Positions 29,701-33,315 of a stretch of DNA of 33,315 nt are shown in pieces. Within the stretch, counting starts at the first letter, position 1; the number at the start of each line of letters is the position of its first letter. The notes below the pieces were generated by a model. The model worked only from the letters and a program-made list of their open reading frames with translations, was not told the origin of the DNA and made no database searches. The translations under genes were made by a program, and so were the position numbers. Source of the DNA: Myxococcota bacterium (GTDB lineage Bacteria > Myxococcota > JACRCW01); contig JBFMGU010000114.1 in the NCBI GenBank assembly GCA_040752415.1, positions 1-33,315 of the forward strand. Direction: 5' to 3'.

Positions 29701-31518
29701 GCGCACATACAGGACGGCCTCGTGGTCTCGGGCTGGAGCGGGTCGGTGCCCCAGCCGCCCGGCGGCAACGGCGGTGACCAGCTGCTCATCATGAAGCTCC
29801 CGCACAATGGCATCATCCACATGCCCACGGAGACGGGGTTGACCTCGCGCTACATCGAGCCCGCCGTGCGGACGTACGAGCCCGGCCTCATCAGCCCGCC
29901 GTGGTACTCCGCGGACGCCCCGCTGGCCGTGAATGACACCACCGTGCGCACGGTCGCTCCGCTCGACAATTTCCTGATGACGCCCTCACGGCTGTGTGTC
30001 ACCAGGCTCACGTCCACTGGTCACGTCAGCCACCTCGATGACTGCGTGGATGACGTCGACGGCGACGGCGTTGACGCGAGCCTGGACAACTGTCCGGACA
30101 TGAGCAACGCGGACCAGCAGGACAGCGACGGCGACGGCGTGGGGGACGTCTGCGACCTCACGGACAGCTCTCCCGACGCCTTCAGCTTCGTTGATGCGGT
30201 CGACGTGGAACGCGGGACGGTGGTCACCTCCGCACCGGTCGTCATCAGCGGCATCAACACTCCCACCGCGGTCTCGATCATCGACGGCGAGTACTCGATC
30301 GGCTGTGGGGTGGAGTTCACGAGCGTGGAGGGCGTCATCAACGACGGAGAAACCGTCTGCGTGCGCCACACGTCCTCATCGAGCTACGAGAGCACCACCG
30401 AGACCGTGCTCTCCATTGGCGGCGTGGCGGACACGTTCACCAGCACCACCATGGCCGAGCCGGTTGTGTTGGATACCGCCCCGGAGGCATTCACTTTTGT
30501 CGACGTCACGGACGTGGCGCGCGGCACGCCGGTCACCTCCGCTCCCGTCACCATCCGGGGCATCGACAGCCCGGCCGCCGTCGCGGTCAGTGGCGGCGAG
30601 TATTCGATTGGTTGCGGCGCCGATTTCACCAGCGCGGATGGTGTCCTCACCAACGGCGCGACCGTCTGCGTCCGTCATACCTCGTCCTCGTCATTCAGCA
30701 CCGCAACGGACACCGTGCTTACCGTGGGTGGCATCTCCGACACGTTCACAAGCGTCACGGAAGCGGAGTCGGTCACACCCGACACGACGCCGGATGCGTT
30801 CACGTTTGTCGACGTGGACGACGTGACGCGCGAAGCGGTGGTGATCTCCGCGTCCGTCACGATCACGGGCATCGACAGCCCTGCCGTGGTGTCGATTGTC
30901 GGCGGTGAGTACTCCCTGGGCTGTGCCGGCGGTTTCACCAGCGCGGAAGGCGTCATCAGCAACGGGCAGACGGTGTGTGTGCGTCACACGTCGTCCGCGG
31001 ATTTCAGCAGTGCGACCAACACCGTGCTCACCGTCGGCGGCGTTTCCGACACGTTCACCAGCGTTACGGAGGCCGAACCGGCCGTGGCGGATACCACTCC
31101 CGACGCGTTCAGCTTCGTCGACGTGGACGACGTGGCGCGCGGCACGCTGGTGACCTCGGCGCCGGTGACCATTCTCGGCATCGACGGCCCCGCCACGGTG
31201 TCGGTCAGCGGAGGTGAGTATTCGGTTGGCTGCGCGGGTGCGTTCACCGGCGCGGAGGGCGTCGTCAGCAACGGACAGACCGTCTGCGTCCGCCACACTT
31301 CGTCGTCGAGCTTCCGCGGCAGCGCCGACACCGTGCTCACGGTGGGGGGCGTGGCGGACACCTTCACCAGCACCACCGCGGCCGCGCCGACCGGGACGGG
31401 AGGGAATGCGCCAGCATCCCGGTGCGCCTGTTCCGAGCAGGTTGATGGGGAGAAGGTGCCGTGGCTCCTCCTGGGCCTCTTCTTCGGTGCGGCCTGGCGC
31501 GGGCGCAAGCCAAATTGA
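26797..31518 (+). CDS. Large secreted surface protein: beta-propeller region, thrombospondin type 3 repeats, four 103-aa repeats, MYXO-CTERM-like tail
   Basis: Signal peptide MSNRRPLVLS. Propeller-like G..QWSRRY/WSKRL repeats and DVDGDGVDASLDNCP..NADQQDSDGDGVGDVCD. C-terminus CACS..PWLLLGLFFGAAWRGRK. Confidence 0.9.
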   Translation: MSNRRPLVLSAVLMLLIPLTSVAAVSPRPYSLDPGSCDGFANYVDEIRVSGFQLVSQTPAADGYTEVTVGFQADNADHGQFRGATIIPDMDDLAVNVGAVQDSLIAGTLGPVAPLEATLLPVDNITLRVPSDNVAALVDRLNSGLVPLTVHADEEMILQPDVYMLHWGSLAILGNEALSAIPESDYDQIEITEGYFLNARDNHGLNPPLGPPLANDQEWTFTLIAESTNATCEFDTWTPGNAKFYISEDPSFPLVTDAIPEAFRNGRVTNVVKDPGDANNPRTTWTVTLQRALDDRLADLYVSAAFCSGTTQHVDQPVHVSQPRSLDRFSVYYGPPFPPPHPNNYNEKDHHPQPINFNDLEPVVGIKISGQVEGHILKPHLELRFRNGAMRMVGTFDTDMTLSAEARTSAHVPAGGEQQLYNLCFPVAQIPAGPVNIHVNFEVQHSVGFRGDMAAEVVTGVQKRFHNKVEVGYDGRRPAGEQFFHSSEDLSLPMEFTPPQLTDQTQFNGRVYTRLTPGLYVALEDSECLSGGRVWAALEGFGTTEVTPTVDPWWTLGSGISVQAGMDLSILGFEVANWQTPTSTLIHEEIRAAPADDASANGGTQASSAARTSGSDQRWAMAIEDMDTPTGFAESSIVAMPDNGVLVATGYAYGSNGELIRLDAHGAFQWSRRYNLFAIRSKPSRILPLPDNSFVVVGEPSAHWIAKHDVDGNLLWSRRYDYGPVTKAASVYCNAKSAAAIETAPGQYDLVVVGHTVDADAEGCALRVNAVGDVQWSRTYDDSNDTRPQRFYDVLINRDGDIIAVGHYELIEGASARDGWIARLNPNDGAVVWSKRLHLPGRAATFNSVTEGADGTLFAVGVATGTVLMTASAWLMRMGPDGSDVRHALIFQDLGWEATLPNGPDLVTQGGDSQLDNLWDITPTADGFVVVGDTALGMAAWAAKVNANLGLEWFTTYDGTSNEGLFGVAHIQDGLVVSGWSGSVPQPPGGNGGDQLLIMKLPHNGIIHMPTETGLTSRYIEPAVRTYEPGLISPPWYSADAPLAVNDTTVRTVAPLDNFLMTPSRLCVTRLTSTGHVSHLDDCVDDVDGDGVDASLDNCPDMSNADQQDSDGDGVGDVCDLTDSSPDAFSFVDAVDVERGTVVTSAPVVISGINTPTAVSIIDGEYSIGCGVEFTSVEGVINDGETVCVRHTSSSSYESTTETVLSIGGVADTFTSTTMAEPVVLDTAPEAFTFVDVTDVARGTPVTSAPVTIRGIDSPAAVAVSGGEYSIGCGADFTSADGVLTNGATVCVRHTSSSSFSTATDTVLTVGGISDTFTSVTEAESVTPDTTPDAFTFVDVDDVTREAVVISASVTITGIDSPAVVSIVGGEYSLGCAGGFTSAEGVISNGQTVCVRHTSSADFSSATNTVLTVGGVSDTFTSVTEAEPAVADTTPDAFSFVDVDDVARGTLVTSAPVTILGIDGPATVSVSGGEYSVGCAGAFTGAEGVVSNGQTVCVRHTSSSSFRGSADTVLTVGGVADTFTSTTAAAPTGTGGNAPASRCACSEQVDGEKVPWLLLGLFFGAAWRGRKPN
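30163..31380 (+). repeat. Four intragenic tandem repeats with 309-bp period
   Basis: Units start at 30163, 30472, 30781 and 31090 with consensus DTTPDAFTFVD..GGEYSIGC..NGQTVCVRHTSS..LTVGGVSDTFTS. Confidence 0.92.
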
Positions 31519-31564
31519 TCGGTCGCGGAGGAGGACCTGGACATCGACGCCACACGGGTGCGCC

Positions 31565-31616
31565 ACGTTCCCGGGCTCGCCGGGCGCGCCGGTCAGCTTC
31601 AGCGGGAGCCGCTGTA
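31565..31616 (-). repeat. Diverged copy of the family 1 terminus
   Basis: Minus strand reads TA-CAGCGGCTCCCGCTGAAGCTGACCG, similar to 227-253 and 21908-21930. Confidence 0.65.
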
Positions 31617-31844
31617 ACGCTGAAGCGCCGGGCCCTGGTGGAACTTTCCCAAGGCGCAGCCACGTCATTCCCGTTCCCGCCGTCACGTGCCGTACGAAGG
31701 GGCGCGGGTTCGCCAAGCGGTGGCGCTGGGTGTTTGAAGCGTGCATAGGCAGAGCTTCCGAGTGGGTACATCATCAATGAGAGCGGCAGAGTGACCCCGC
31801 GCACCCTTGTCCGTCCACATTTGCCCAGACTGCCTCCGTCGTCG

Positions 31845-32960
31845 TTACTCGAGCGCATCCAGGCCCGTGAGGATGGCTTCCAGCACGTTGGCGCCAAACC
31901 GCATGGCACGCGGCGGGGACCAGCCCTCGACGGTGTGCGCGGTCGCCTCGGGATCGCGGAAGGGCATCTCCAAGGTGAGCGACAGGCAGTCGAAGGCTTC
32001 GCCAATGAAGTTGGCTGCGGTGGTCAGGTCGCCGTCGCCGGGGGCGTCCAGGGGATAGCCGCGCTCCGTCTGGAAATCCGGGTCCAGGTTGGCGAGCGCG
32101 TCGAGGAAGAGCTCCTCGAGGTTGGCGAGTCGCTCGTCATAGCCGGGGTTACCCTCGCAGCCGGCGGCGAAGACAAAGTTGGTGCGCTCGTCGCCGTGGA
32201 CGTCGAGGAACAGGTCGACGCCGGTCTCTTCCATGGCTTCGCGCACCCCGAGCACTTCCGGCGCATCGTCGCCAGGTTCCATCCAGGCGCGGTTGAGGTC
32301 GCAGCCCGCGGCGTTGGTGCGGTGGTTGCCGAGCGCGCCGCCGTCGGGATTCATGCAGGTGACAATGTGGAATGTGGCGCGGGCCAGAAGCTCGTCGGAG
32401 ATGGGGTCATCCGCGAAGAGCAGGCGGCCCAGCAGTCCTTCCATGAACCACTCGGCCATGGTCTCGCCGGGGTGCTGTCGTGCAATGAGCCACACCTGAC
32501 GTGGCCCCGCGCCCGCCTCCACGACGTCGACCGGCCGACCAGCAGTGCTGCGCGCGAGGGTGCGGACACCGGCAAGGGGTGCGTCAGCGCAGGCCCGCAG
32601 CAGGGACCGGCGCCGCTTCGCGGGGTACGGAGCGAAGTAGGCGTAGTGGACCGCGTTCGCGCGCGGCCGGTCCAGGATGGTGAGCGTCTCCCCGTCAAAG
32701 CGGGTGCGCACGCGCCACCAGTGCTCCCCGTCGACGGAGGCGCAGGCGCGGTAGCCATCGAACGCGTGGGCAAACGTCGCCTTGCCGGCGTCGATGATGC
32801 GGAAGCGGCAGCGCTCACCGCGCGCGTCCAGCACCTTGAAGGAGAACCATTGCTTGAAGTCCGCGGCGTTGTCCCCTTGGAGGGCAAGCACCACGTCGTC
32901 GCACCGACGCGCGTCGAGAACCCGGATGGCGCCGCCTTCAAAGCGGTGGGCAATGCGCAT
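31845..32960 (-). CDS. M14 family cytosolic zinc carboxypeptidase (Nna1/CCP-like)
   Basis: N-terminal FEGG..QWFSF domain, YFAPY, ARQHPGE, NPDG, DLNR, LDVHGDE and TLEMP. Confidence 0.93.
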   Translation of the reverse strand: MRIAHRFEGGAIRVLDARRCDDVVLALQGDNAADFKQWFSFKVLDARGERCRFRIIDAGKATFAHAFDGYRACASVDGEHWWRVRTRFDGETLTILDRPRANAVHYAYFAPYPAKRRRSLLRACADAPLAGVRTLARSTAGRPVDVVEAGAGPRQVWLIARQHPGETMAEWFMEGLLGRLLFADDPISDELLARATFHIVTCMNPDGGALGNHRTNAAGCDLNRAWMEPGDDAPEVLGVREAMEETGVDLFLDVHGDERTNFVFAAGCEGNPGYDERLANLEELFLDALANLDPDFQTERGYPLDAPGDGDLTTAANFIGEAFDCLSLTLEMPFRDPEATAHTVEGWSPPRAMRFGANVLEAILTGLDALE

Positions 32961-33152
32961 GGGCGCAGCGAAGCGCCGTCGGGTGCGCGTTGTCAATGCT
33001 CGATGTCAAGGCACGCCCGGGAACACGGCCACGCGACGTTCCCTGATGTCGTAGGGCTGATCCGTCTCCTGCGGGTCCATGATCGGCTGGACTTCTGCCT
33101 GTGCCCACGTTCAGGCCGCTGCGTTCGCCCGCCCCTGCCCCCACACCCGATT

Positions 33153-33266
33153 CCAGGTCGGCGAGGCGCGCGAACACCCTACAGCGGTTCCCATTCAGTT
33201 CAGATTGGCCGGGGAAGTGTGATGGCCCTTGGCCGCGGAATCGCAGACAAGAATGGCTGCGCCACG
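33153..33266. mobile_element. Family 1 MITE end with module B, abutting module C
   Basis: TA-CAGCGGTTCCCATTCAG at 33180. 33184-33266 is the reverse complement of the arm at 309-378 and shares 39 identical bp with 6058-6096. Confidence 0.8.
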
Positions 33267-33315
33267 GGGAATGACGCCATCGATATTGTGAACCTACGGG
33301 CATGGGTAGGCGAAG

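Noticed and set aside
27175..29820. 881-aa minus-strand ORF
   Set aside because: Antisense shadow of the large surface protein gene.
30163..31380. Possible CRISPR array or DGR-type repeats
   Set aside because: These are in-frame 309-bp protein-domain repeats with largely synonymous divergence. There are no spacers, no cas genes and no reverse transcriptase.
32991..33009. Twin TGTCAA upstream of the M14 peptidase
   Set aside because: Too short to distinguish an operator or promoter from chance, and no matching -10 element was seen.

Overview
High-GC bacterial window. Myxococcota-like origin is inferred from a MYXO-CTERM-like tail and many secreted and lipoprotein genes. It holds about 23 protein genes: two giant surface proteins (an FG-GAP lipoprotein and a TSP3/repeat protein), DinB with a c-type cytochrome lipoprotein, several uncharacterised membrane proteins, a SpoU/TrmH methyltransferase, M48, M1 and M14 peptidases, an ATP-grasp enzyme, a SAM methyltransferase and a TPR lipoprotein. 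It also encodes a possible papain-like effector and a five-gene operon of three uncharacterised membrane proteins plus an OmpR-family two-component system, preceded by a perfect 11-bp tandem repeat. Intergenic space is densely populated by small non-autonomous repeats: a modular family sharing the terminus TA-CAGCGGTTCCC(G/A)TT, an 86-bp-arm REPIN-like palindrome, and a second MITE family with GGGGCTGCGTCAGAACAAG ends. I saw no rRNA, tRNA, CRISPR array or intact transposase. Product calls rest on motif recognition only; no searches were run.
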